A stretch of DNA of 64,000 bases, from assembly GCA_004764695.1 (NCBI GenBank), contig SMSO01000025.1, positions 2,356,001 to 2,420,000 on the forward strand, in the 5' to 3' direction. Positions 25,401 through 37,249 of the stretch are shown here, piece by piece (the stretch's first letter is position 1; every line of letters begins with the position of its first letter). The notes beneath the pieces are model-generated. The model had not been told where the DNA came from, made no database searches, and saw only the letters and a program-made list of their open reading frames with translations. This stretch comes from Schizochytrium sp. TIO01 (lineage: Eukaryota > Protista > Bigyra: Labyrinthulomycetes). Made by a program: the position numbers and the translations under genes.

Positions 25401-27449
25401 TATGCTCGATTTTTATCTGCTGTTAGTGTTTTTTTTTGTTTTTTTTTTAATAGCTTAGGCAAATGATAGTTTGGATTGTAAAAGCAGTTTACAGAAAGTG
25501 TTTATCGAAGAAAAAGAAAATCAGCCTTCTGTCATTATGCTGATGGGAAATGCAGGTCAGCAAGTCGATGAGCCAATGTGACTAAATGCAGCGAACTCCG
25601 AATTTCCGATGGAAGGAGGAAGATAATCACATTGCTACCATTCCTAGCGTAGCAGGTAAATATATGCTTAAAAACTCCCTTTCAGTCTCAGCCGAGGAAT
25701 GGAAAAGTAAATATTTTAATTGATTGATGTATTCTCAAAACTTTTTTCTTTTTTCTTTTTCTTTTCTTTCTGAAATGAAAAGGAAAGCAAGGCACTCAAA
25801 ATGTGCGATGAATTTTCAACAGCCGAAACACGTTGGAACTGCAAAACTCCAATTTGGAAACAATTGCAAAAGGGCGATGGACCTGCTTGTTTATTTGATT
25901 TTCTGATACTAAAACCTGCCAATTTCTTTGCCAACTCAGCCAGTTCGCAGGTGAGAACCTAAATCTCTGTAGGTACCATCCTCGATCTCACACTGCCTCC
26001 GATTTTCACGCTCTCAAAGCCAGTGAAGCAACCTCACAAAAGCTCTTGCAGAGTTTCAAAGATGGCGCGAGCCCACTTTTCCCATAGTCCTGCAAAACCT
26101 GTTGGTTAAAATCTCAATCAACGCAGAACAATCACTGACGCGATGACGATTCATGCAGTAATGTAAACTTTCATAGACACCCCCACTTGCACACATCACT
26201 GGCTTCGATCCCGGTTCGACCCGAACCTCAAGGACTCGGAACCCATTCAATCGGGCCACCCGCCTCTTCACCTTACCTACCCTTGCAGCCTGCATGAAGG
26301 AGCCTGAGTTGCCTCGATGGTATGTATGCTTTCGATTTTGTGCTGATTTTAGACAAGAACGTGAACAAATGCCATTTTCATGATGCTGTTGCTTAGCAAT
26401 ATTTGAGAACTTGCGATGCTGTTGAAATATACAGCAAACAGTGGTCAGGATGTTTGCGAGTAATAGGCATCTATCTACATATCTATTCACCTTCAAGGGT
26501 GCCTTATTTCCAGCGCCTCGATTATTCATGTGAAAAATAAATGGACCACGCACGTTTAGACACAAATATCTGCTCACGCTTCGGTGGGCTGATCTGATCC
26601 TATGCGACAGCTATCTTACTCCTAGAAGTCTTTCGGAGCGAGCGGGATTGTAGTATCTTCAAGCTGCAGTTCTCGTCGATGTGATGGGATCTTGATGCAG
26701 AAGCGAACTCCTCCGACAGAAAATACGCACTCATCATGCAGGCGATCTTCAGAAGCGGCCCTTTTCAGCAGCAGCTTTCCGTGCGTCGCCGATCGTCTTG
26801 ACTTGGTTGCACGTCCGAAGACTCGGTTGTGGCCAGGAATGGAGGCATCATCCTTCATAGAGGCAAAAATATTTTTTTTTTAAGTTTTTTTTACTGAGAT
26901 ATGTTACGGTGAAGAATAACATAAATCAAAACAGTAATTCTAGGGCGCTTACTCTTGGCCGTGTTGGTTTCTCTTGACGTGCTCTTTTGTTGGGGTTTGG
27001 GGAGACGCAGCTTTTATGCCGATAATGTGCGTCGTCAACGCACGTCTTCAAAGAGCATCTTCTCCGATTCCGCTGCGTTTGATTTAACAAGAAATCATGC
27101 ACTCTTGATTGTGCGTTATGTAGGAAAAGTTGCCAATTTAAAAACCATCTTTCCCGCCATACTATTGGAGAATGAAATGTATTTTGAAGTGTGCTTTATC
27201 ATGAAAACATCATCGAATGTGGAGATCTGACCTCTACATATTTTAGGAGTGCTGCTCGGAGGTTCGGTGACTGCCTGAAGAACTGACGTACGTGAATTGA
27301 ATTAGATAAGTAGAGAAATGACCTTTTCTTCTAAATTTCTGTTTTCTTTTTCTTTTCTATGCCTATTGCTTACCTGGAAACTGCCTTTTTCCTTTTCTTT
27401 TCTTTTATTTTTACAGGAAAATTAGCACGCCAGGCACCCTCGCGGGGCA

Positions 27450-28600
27450 ACGGTATAGGCTCTGAGAAACAACAGACTTCGTGCCCGATACCTCATCATT
27501 TACACTAGGTAGTACTCGAAAACATGACTGCCATCGAGGATTGTAGGTCGTACTCTCTTCCGGAATTTGCACTTCAATTTGTGCCCCAAGTATAATGCTC
27601 GACAAGTGAAGTGGAGAACTGCTAAGTTTGTAAATGAAATCATATCAAGAATTCGAATGCAACTGAAGGAGTACCGGCTAATTCACTCACTCAATACGAA
27701 TTAGTGGGCACATTTTCTTTACTGCTTTACACAACAAGTTCAATCAAACCTGCGACATTAGATAGTATATTTTTCTGTCAACATTACTTCTTGGAGTATT
27801 TACACCTCGAATCTTGACATTATTAATTCGTCGTTTTTATTCTCAGGCATAATCGGTTTTTCATGATGCTTGACGTCAATTCAAGACTGCTCAACAGGAA
27901 TCGCTAATTAAAGGTGCAGTATTAAATTTATCCCAGTTGCTGTTTTTATTTAATATTCTTGCAAGGAAATAAGCTTCTCCATAATTTGTGATCGAGGAAC
28001 TCCTGGCTAAATCCGCACAATCTCTACAATGGAAGGACTCTGCAAATATGTAGCTGATTTCTAGCTCCATCAATCCACGAGTTGAAATTGAAGATAGTTT
28101 TAAACTGATGTGAAAGCGGAGTTTTCGGCTTTATTGTTTTACAGTACAGAAAATCATGAAGGAGGAAGACCTTCTTCAGACGTGGAGAATAATTAACAGA
28201 GAAAAGGTCAATGATTAGCCAACAAACTCTTCACAAAATGCCCCTTATCAGAATAGTCTTCCAACACACGCGTTTTCAGAGCCTATTCTCACCATTCTAG
28301 ATCTAAGGGACTGGAGGTCTGTCCCCGATAGTCTGGTGTCACGCTGTAGCAAACAAAGCAAGCACGTGTCGTTTGGAAATCCACCAACTTTAATAAACTA
28401 ACTATGTTCTCCGCGAGCGAAAGGAAATCCATTCCACAAAGCCTGTTGAACCCTGATCCGGTTCCTTTGATTGCCTTTTTCTGGTACGAGAGCTCATGGT
28501 TCCGTGTGTGAAAAGGACATCCACCCCTGAAAAAAAAGTAGCCCACTTTTTCTGGTTGTGCTCCTAAAGTCAATGAATGTATAATGCAATGAGAGCAAGA
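27450..28600 (-). mobile_element. piggyBac-like transposase fossil (copy A)
   Basis: In order on the minus strand: YFFF..HTRNHELSYQKK, DFLSLAENIVSLLKL, NWDKFNTAPLI (WDKF 27924-27935), DELIMSRFE (DE 27827-27832), LHLSSIILG...VSGT (27480-27491); many stops and frameshifts. Confidence 0.45.
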
Positions 28601-29699
28601 ATGGAGGTAGATAGCTTCAAAGAAAGTTTCGGTACTTGCTTTTATTTCATTCTTTAATATAGAAAGTCTATCAAGTAGCAGCGTTCGACTTTTATATTCG
28701 TCAATGTCTCTATAAGACACGCGGACATAAGCTTACAATTTCTGGTCAACAACAGAATCGTCTGTGAAAATTACTTTCTACTCATCCAATAGGCACAGTC
28801 CTCGAACTAAAATAAATAGCAACCAACTTTCCAAGCAGCCAGTACGTCCTGCGATCAGATGGGAGTGGTTTGTGGTCGAAGTGCTCGTCGCTTTATGTCC
28901 CGTATCGTCGAAGCTTGGCCACAGGCAGTACGAGATTTTGCTTATACAACACATAGTATTAGGGTATCTATTTCAATTAAAAATACCTTTTTTAATTAAA
29001 ATAAAATAAATCTATTGGCAAGCTTCACTCATTCTAAAACATTTTTAAATTCTTTTTAATTGAAACTATATATTGATTTCTAACTTTCTAGCAGGTAGAT
29101 TGATTCCTTTTTCTATTTTTTTTGAAATAATAAATCTCTATAATGTTAATTTTAAAAGAATTACTTTCTAATGGCCGAAAGGACGTATGGCGGAGACAGT
29201 GAATAAACATTTGTTCAGCTGTAGATTACCAAATCACAACCTTTTGCAGCTGTATCTGGTAACCAGTTGATATGAAGGAGCCTTGCTAGTTCAGCCTTTA
29301 CCCTAGTGTACTAGTGTAGGCTGGCTGATTTTCTTTTCTTTTTTCATTTTTCTTCTTAAAACAAAATGAATATAGATAAATAAATAAATACACAAGCATA
29401 AACTACATTTTATGTATGACGGACGCAGAAATTTACAGTACTCGCTTCCTAAGGCTCTATTCAGATCAAGAGACTACATGATTAGCATTGCTTAGGGAGA
29501 GGTGAGACTATATCTCAAAGGACCACTAAAGTATATGCTCTAGCTGAATACCAGTTGAAGGAATCACTAATTCTTCGTATATCTAGAATGAGTATTCACA
29601 GGGAGGCACGATGGCTTATAAAAATATCAAACGTTTCAACAAATAGTACTACTGCTGTTCCGCCCGCCTTATGTTGTTTTGCAGTTTTGCAGATGCCCG

Positions 29700-30450
29700 C
29701 CCAACCATTTCATTAGCTTCTCCCAGCACTTGCACCGTCTAACAGCAATGAAACGAAAAAGCGAAGTTCCCATTATAGTACGATAGCAGGTAGAATTGTA
29801 TATTCACACATTTGAAGCTATTTGTTCTGATGATGCTAATCATCGATTCGAGTGAAGTGTAAAACATCGAAGTAGACTCGATTTTCGTTGAGTTTTTGCA
29901 CGCTGTTCAGTGCACCAAGTTGATCGCTTAGTGACGCTGGGTTTGTGCGCTACGAACATCATAATGGATTTTGGTCGCTTTCACTGGCTAACTACTCCTA
30001 TCAATATTTCTTGTATTAAAGTAAGTCCTAGATTTAGACCTCACTGCACAAGAATTTCAGGATCAACATCTTCAATTAAAGCTGGTGTTAAAAGAAGTTG
30101 CAGCTTTGTTTTACCTGTGTATCAATGGACACAGTTGATACAGGATAAATAGCCGTGTTCTATCCAAACACCCCTATCGCAAATCTGCCTTACAAGTATT
30201 GGTCCCTGAAATACATAGATTCCAAGAACAGTGAACAAATTGGACAAGTCTCTCGAGCGCTCTTCGAGAAGCCCAGAAATCTCACAAATCAGGGCCACCA
30301 AAGTTCATCACAAAGGAATTGCAATGCAATATCGGCTGAGACGATGAAGAAGGAAGTAAGATGTACTTGTTCAGGTTGTATTTGTGTTTGTTTGAAGGTT
30401 TCAAGGTTGACAACTTTACAATTTGAAGTTCAGACTATGAACATGATTTA
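29700..30450 (-). mobile_element. piggyBac-like transposase fossil (copy B)
   Basis: ESM (30214-30222) / FQGPILVRQ / HGYL / YTGK (30110-30121) / RVYFD (VYFD 29866-29877), frameshift, FYTSL (29850-29864). This matches the DDE_Tnp_1_7 order DEsM.F.G..Q, GY...YtGK, vyfDnfyTS. Confidence 0.65.
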
Positions 30451-32869
30451 TTTGTTCATAATAGAACAGGCATAATTGAAGATTGAGCTCGAAAGATTTG
30501 CTGGCGCCAAAGCAAAATCATGTTGCTATAAGAAAGTCATTCGATCAACTGAAATTCCAGGCTAGCTACTAGGTACTATTACCTATTTAAAATCTCAGCT
30601 ATCTACGCCAGCTTCCCCGCAGCACACGACATGCCAGTCTTACCTACACCCCATTGTAGAGTTCACATCAAGGAAAGGTCGCGTGCATGGGGGTATACAG
30701 AAAGTCCCTCAAAGAATGTGGGGAAAAGTGCGATGGTCAGAAGAGCTGTCTACTCTTTCGTAAACATTTATCATAGGATACCAGGATATAGATTATAGAT
30801 AAGTAAGAAGATTTAGCAGCACGTAACTGATATGTACTATGCTCTGCTAGTCAGTTGGTAGAAAGCTGACGTTGTCCCTAGCCTTAGGGCGAACTGCAAG
30901 TAACAGCAGAGCGATCGATGAAAGTCAAGTTGACATTAAACCAATAATTTCTGAAATCGTACTATAGCGGCCAACAAGACAGCCGGAAATGAGACAACGA
31001 AACAAACTAAACGCAGCAAGAAGCCCATTCACTATCCATTTTCGTGTTGCATTTTGCAAATTGAAAGGCACGTTGTTTCTAGGTTGTGCAATGTTGAGCA
31101 CAGATTGAACCGACCTTCAAGAGAAATGCAGTTTTGGCAAATACCTTCAAGGCAAAGCTGCAGCAGCAGCAGATGCTTTAAACTCGGCATTTAAGAATCT
31201 AAGAGACGAAACCAAAGTTCTCCTTTATTTCCTTGAAACAAAGGCACCGTTCTTCACGACAGGTAAGGAAAAGCCCATCGAGTATTGCTGTTGCTCGTAA
31301 AGGAGCGCTAGCGCTTTTAGTGTCTTAGAAAACCCTTTTCAAAGCCTGGTGCTTCTGCTTCATTATTCACTTGTTTTTCTTGTACCTTTTGTTGACTCTT
31401 CGCGTGGCTGCTCAACTCAACTGTCCTTCTTCATCTTCTGCTTATCCTTCCCATTTTGTTTTTCATACGTTCGATATCATGCACGCTCGTGCAAGCAAGC
31501 AACAAAAGTCCGAGCTTTCCAGCGTGCTGCCGATCAGACTCCCTCACTATTCCAGTCTTATAGATATGGCTCGAATTGAATGATTCCATCTAGCCGCGGG
31601 GCTTCAATCGATCCAGCCACCACTCACCACCCATGCATGCGTCCTCGACTTCATCAGTTTAGGATGCTTCTCTGCTGATACCTAGTTCTATAATATTTCA
31701 TATCTCATCTTGTGTTTCCTTCCAGAGTCTTTCACAAGGCAGTAAAACTAACTTCTGCAATACAATCGAGAAGCGACATCGCACGTTTTTTCATTTGGCC
31801 TCAGGACCTCCAAGCATATCAAGCTTTCGCTTTCGCGTAGTGTACCTAGCTAGGTACCTATTCTCATTGCAGGCTGACATTTCGAGGCACCTTAGTCTTT
31901 TCCATATTGCAGCTTTATCACTTCCTTAAGGAAACAGGAACCTGATTGTAGAAGATGATCATGAAGAAGTCGAAGGAAGCAACAACAGCCGTTGCCACCA
32001 TCTTGTGAAAAGTTCCTCTGATCTCTACCTGTACATAGGCAGTAAAGCTGAGCTGTCTGTTCACAGGGCGGCCTGGTTGGAGCAGAGCAGCATCCCCGGG
32101 CTTAGGCCCACGACGGGTGCAGACGCGTGCCGGTGAGCACGCCTTGGAAAGGGACGCCGCCCAAGTCCCTCGAGCATAACTGCTGTGTTTCTTTGGATGC
32201 TATGCTTCATCAACGTGCAGTGCCTAGCTAGGTGTTTATAACGTAATGTCTGTTTTACGAAAGTGAAGCATCACTTACTTTGAACAACAACATTAATAAA
32301 AGGCCAAGCTAAGCTTTTGGTGGTGCGGCAAAATCAAAGAAAAACAAGAGAAGTCGATCGAGACGTTCAATGCCTACACTTCATGAACCATCGATGAATA
32401 ATTCAATTGGAAATTTAATCATCTTCCTTATTTTGGGATGTTCGTTTTCAGTTTCGGGCTTTCAAGACGACGCCAGCTGCTAGAGTCCAATAGACCAAAC
32501 GTATCATCTTGTTACTGACAAGAACGAGCGGTGATAGTCTTCAAGTTAAAGTATATTTTGGAGTAAGCAGATGGGAGATTTCATTCGCAGTATATATATT
32601 TTGGAAATGCCATTCTTGATTTTGGTTTTTAATTATTGTTATTAATTAGACTTTTACTTTTAAAACTAAGTTATTTATTTCAAAGGTTCGATTTTCACTT
32701 CACATTTTTTAAAATTTGCTGTTGAATTTAAAGCTTCTTTCTACTGAAAATGGAAGTGCACAAGGGCTTAGGGACGCTTGAAAATGTGCGACAATTGCTG
32801 ACTCCTCTTTTTCTTTTCATGTTTCTTTTCTATTTACTCTTTCTGAGCACTATGTACTTTCCTTACACA

Positions 32870-33660
32870 TTCTGAATTATCAGCATACCATCCCGATTTC
32901 CAAGGAGGGCTTTGCTCATCTTTCTCCTCTAATAGATTCCAAACTTATGAAAAACAGACAGGACAGATATTATTAGCAGATGGGTGTGACATTGTAATCA
33001 TAGCTTGAAAGCTTTCAAACGAAATTCCGAAAGTTTTATTTTGTAAACGAAAAAAAATTAAAGAGGCAATCAGCGAGAAAAAATAAATAAAGATGTTTTA
33101 AATCATATTTTGATTTTCAACAAAATATTGCACTTGTTGCAATTGAAGTCATGATAGGATTGTCTCCGTATCTTGGCCGTCGATGAAAAATGAGATTCGA
33201 GGGCAACACTGTGAAAGAAATTTGGATAGCACCTGATTTTAAACTGTCTTAAGCGAAAGTAATACGCCATAAAGCATATAGATCATATCATAATATCGAA
33301 GACTACTGTAAGTGAGTCAATATGAAATTAAAGATCACTAGTTGGTTTGTTGACGAAGCGATTGCAGACAGGCTCGTCAGCAAAAGCAGAACAGCCAATT
33401 TAGCCAGCATCAATTGCTCGAAACTCTAAATCTAAAACTAGTCGGTGTAGTGCGGCGGTATCAAAATGCAACAATAGTTTTACCAAGTCGAATTAATTAC
33501 GCGAACCTTGGTGTATTCTGGTTTCGTTATAAATCATGTGTTATCTTGGAAATCTCCCGTTGTCTTTGATAGCAAATTTCACAGGTTAGGGTTTGATGCC
33601 TTTCGTGTACGAGCAAATTCGATAAGGAAAAGTCGGCAATGCATTAGCACCTAGCCATGC
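32870..33660 (+). mobile_element. piggyBac-like transposase fossil (copy C)
   Basis: ISKEGF..., YY*, SFQTKFRKFYFVNE, LAVDE (33173-33187), frameshift, MRFEG (33190-33204), YAIK, CNNSFT (33467-33484), frameshift, VELI, FDK..CIST. Confidence 0.55.
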
Positions 33661-36249
33661 TATTGCCCAGCTTGACTTCTCAGTATTACATCCTTGACAC
33701 TTAAGGGAACATGCATCTCGCAGAATGATTTTAGGATTGTGTATCGAATTGTGCGCACGATTTACAGTCTATATTGGTACCTAGGTACTCTGAGCAAGAT
33801 TAGGTATGTACATTCTCGGTGGACTGGTTTGTTGTTCTCTCGAGTGTTTGACCCGCTGCTTTGTTTCCAGCTCTTGTTACTGTTTTTCTTCCTTCCCGCA
33901 TAAAGTTTCTTCTTCATAATTATCTACCTACCTACTCGCCCTTCTCCCCCAACGTATGATCTCTTTCGGAAAGTCGCAAAGGCGGAGGGAGACACAAAAC
34001 CAACCATTATGAGCAGCATCAATTGATCAAACCCCCCCCCAACAAAAATAATAAAAATAAATAATTAAATGAGCTCAGCGTGAGTTTCTGCCTTTTCATG
34101 CTTCTGTTTTCGCGTTGACATTATGCAGGAAGAGCCGTCAGCCTTTTCGAACATGATTCTAAATCTTCTTCTTTGGCAAACAGATAGAAACTCAGGACTC
34201 TAGCTAGAGGCTATCTGGCAACGAGCCCAAAGTAGAGCACTCACTACAACGAGTCAGATTTCTTTGTCTTGGCGAGCCCAGATAGTTCGCTACTTTAGTA
34301 TTTTTTTCCTTTTCCAAGAATAAATATTCCATAACAGTAAGAAAAATAAAAAATGAAAATTGAAAAGTAAATTGAAAAGACAGAATATGCAAAAAAAATG
34401 TGCTGTATGATCTAGGACCTCAGAAACACTGAAGTGAGGGTGAGAACCGTAGGAGAGCAGGACTTTCTTATAAATCGCTTCTGATATTCATCAGAAGATT
34501 ATATAGCTCGAAAGTTTACTAAACCTCTTTTTTTTTTTCTTTTTTTTAAATAATAAATAAAGTGAGCTTTAGTGTGTGTGTGTTGCTGCACTTTCTCGTA
34601 CTTGAAAAAGACTGTGGGGCCACCTTCATCAAAGCGACCTTCCCTCGAGTGCGCTTCCTCTTTTATTCATAGCGATTAAAAATTATAATTTTTATAAAGT
34701 TCTCTTAGCTTTGGTTGAATGACGGAGAGGAGAAAAGAAGAAGAAACCTTCTATCTCAAAAGAAAGCAAATGCTGCCCGTCCTGCATTCCTTTGTCTCTG
34801 AAAAGTCCTTCAGTCAGGCTGCTTGTCCAATCGATGCGTACCTACTGTTGGCAAGGCCATATGATATCGGACTCGCCTGGAACGGTCCCGGAGTTTCCGG
34901 CTCCAAGTTTAAGGTGGAGTCCTAGTTTTTTTGATTGTCTAAAGCCTCAAAAAAAGAGCTTGAAAGTGAGAATACCTGTCGTGGATCTCGTGGCACATAT
35001 GCTCCTTATCAGCGCAAATGCAACAGCAGCATTATGCTGAGCGTTGGTGCCTGAAGATGCGTCGATAAGGTACACTTAAATTGAACTAGTTTCTAGCAGA
35101 ATTACGCAAACTTGGGCAACACGCGCGTGTAATCTTGATGTGCCTGGAGAAAGGTCGAAACACACTCGAATCACCTCGTAATCAGAACAGGAGCTTATAA
35201 GTAAGCGTGCTTGGCTTTGTTTTTTTTTGTTCAATGGGACACGATTTCTACCGGGGGACGCCACGTTTGCAGCAAAAAGGCGAAGTACCATGATTCTTCT
35301 CTTCACGTGCATTCCCAATCTGCATTGTGTATAATAGAAGTTCTCCTTACAAAACTTTGTGGTGTATGTCTGTACCCGACGCCCTGGATCTTATCTCACT
35401 ACAGGATCTTAGAAACAACCATACATCGCCTACTCCTTATGCGGTGTATACCACTTCTACGCAGCCACTGATAACCAATTGTGCAAAGGTCCTGCACAAG
35501 CACAGCAGCCTGTTAGAGAGCAGGTAAATTTCCTCCAAGAAAGCCAACATGAGGGCACTTAATTATTTATGATAGCCTCAAAATATTGTGCAAACAATGC
35601 CTCGAAATCATAGTCGCGAATGCAGTAGTGATACCTTACAGCGAAAAGCTCAAACGAGCCACATTTGTCTGTGCGCTTTGTTAGGGCGCAGGAAACAAGC
35701 ATCAGCTTAGGCCTGAGCCTGGCGACTGAGAATATTTTCAACAAAGCTTTTAGAATATGTCATTATATAGTTCTTTTGCAAGTACGAAATAAAACTTCGA
35801 TTTTTTCCTGTATACACAACATACGCTAAACTGCGCCAAAACAAGCTCGAACCCTTGCAGACGCGGTACTTAGATCTTTTCTTTTCTTAAATGAACTGCA
35901 GAAGAACCTGAATTCTCAGTGCTCTGTGATTGTAAACTCAAACAAAGAAAAGCACAAACCTTCTAGAGCGATGAAGGGCTCTTATTCCTTTATCTCCAAA
36001 CTTTGGACAAATAAATATGTATGAATTGCCAGAACTTCAAAACAAAATAAAGTCACTGATTAGGAACATATCAAGTTCCCAGCTTTTTGCTGCGCTTGTA
36101 TCCTGCTTTACTGCGTTCGGTCCTCGGTTGTTTTTATTTCACATTGCTCACTCCTGGAAAGATGTAGGCTCAAGCCATTCGTGTATAATCTTTGGATTTT
36201 CAAGTCTCTGCGATTCGTCTTGTTAACAGTAGGCGAAATACCTAGTCAA

Positions 36250-36950
36250 TGTGTTCATGATCGTTCAGTATCCGATGCACCCTTTGACCAAGGCCAGTCA
36301 TATGTGGCTATTTCAATCTAGCATGAGACTTTGGCGTAAAACTTTTGATGGAAATTGAGACGAGGACAACAGAGCATGCACACGGACGTAAATACTCAAA
36401 AGAGGAGCTGCAAATGATCTTTACCGATCTCATCGCCTTGAGGAAACTTCTGACTCCTCTAGTGAAGCTTTTAAGTGCTCAGTTGCCATAAGTATGCATT
36501 TCAGCGCCAAGTTTTTTATACTTCTATCTTCAAGTACGAGACTTCAAGCCTTAAACTCTGGAGTTTAGTAGACCAGCTGTAGCGACTAAAAATCTACACG
36601 ATGCCCACGATCTCGAGCAGCACAATGTACTTTCGAGTTGCGGTGCATTGCAGTACGCGTGTACTGAGGTCCTGTGTGCCCATCCCTCCCTCATTCAAGT
36701 TAGATTGTTCTCTACTCGCTCTGCTAATCCTGCGTACACCAACCATTCATCAAGTTGTGATTTCCCGCATTGTACGCAGGTACCACGAGCCCATTGATTC
36801 TGATTTATTGTAAGTGGAAATCGAGCACCATTTTTGATGTAAATCATAAAAATGGAGCGTATGTATAAATAGATAGTATCCAGATAAAAACATACTTCCA
36901 ATGCTACAGCTGCCCTGAGTTGAACGGAGTACCTACTTCGAGGAGCAGCA
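36250..36950 (-). mobile_element. piggyBac-like transposase fossil (copy D, C-terminal half)
   Basis: FYLDTIY (FYLDT 36875-36889), WARGT (36779-36793), frameshift, RTMR, RDRG..RFL, RGV (36452-36460); matches lyfDn.y, AcGTvR.nR, W.D, GVD order. Confidence 0.45.
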
Positions 36951-37249
36951 AAACTTAGGTACCACTGATCCAACGACTTCGGGATTGATCGTAACAATAA
37001 AATGGACCGGCCCTTTGGGACATCGTATTAGTCCCCTCCAATTTTTAAATAAAACGAACTACACTGACAATAGACAAAATAAGCACACAGGCTTTACATG
37101 TCGGAGTAGTCTTGTTATATATGCCGCAAGCCTTCTCCAAGTGTCCCAGTCGAAACGCTTTTCTTTCTATTTTTTTCTTTTTCCTTTTTTAATAATTAAA
37201 ATTCAAGTGAACCTACGCCCTCCGCTTTTAAATAAAAGATAGATTTCCT

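Noticed and set aside
26056-26577. 173-aa ORF
   Set aside because: Non-ATG start, no motif, lies in degenerate repeat terrain
30845-30900. tRNA-like A-box (GTCAGTTGGTAGA) with a small hairpin
   Set aside because: No T-arm GTTCRA or acceptor stem, so no cloverleaf
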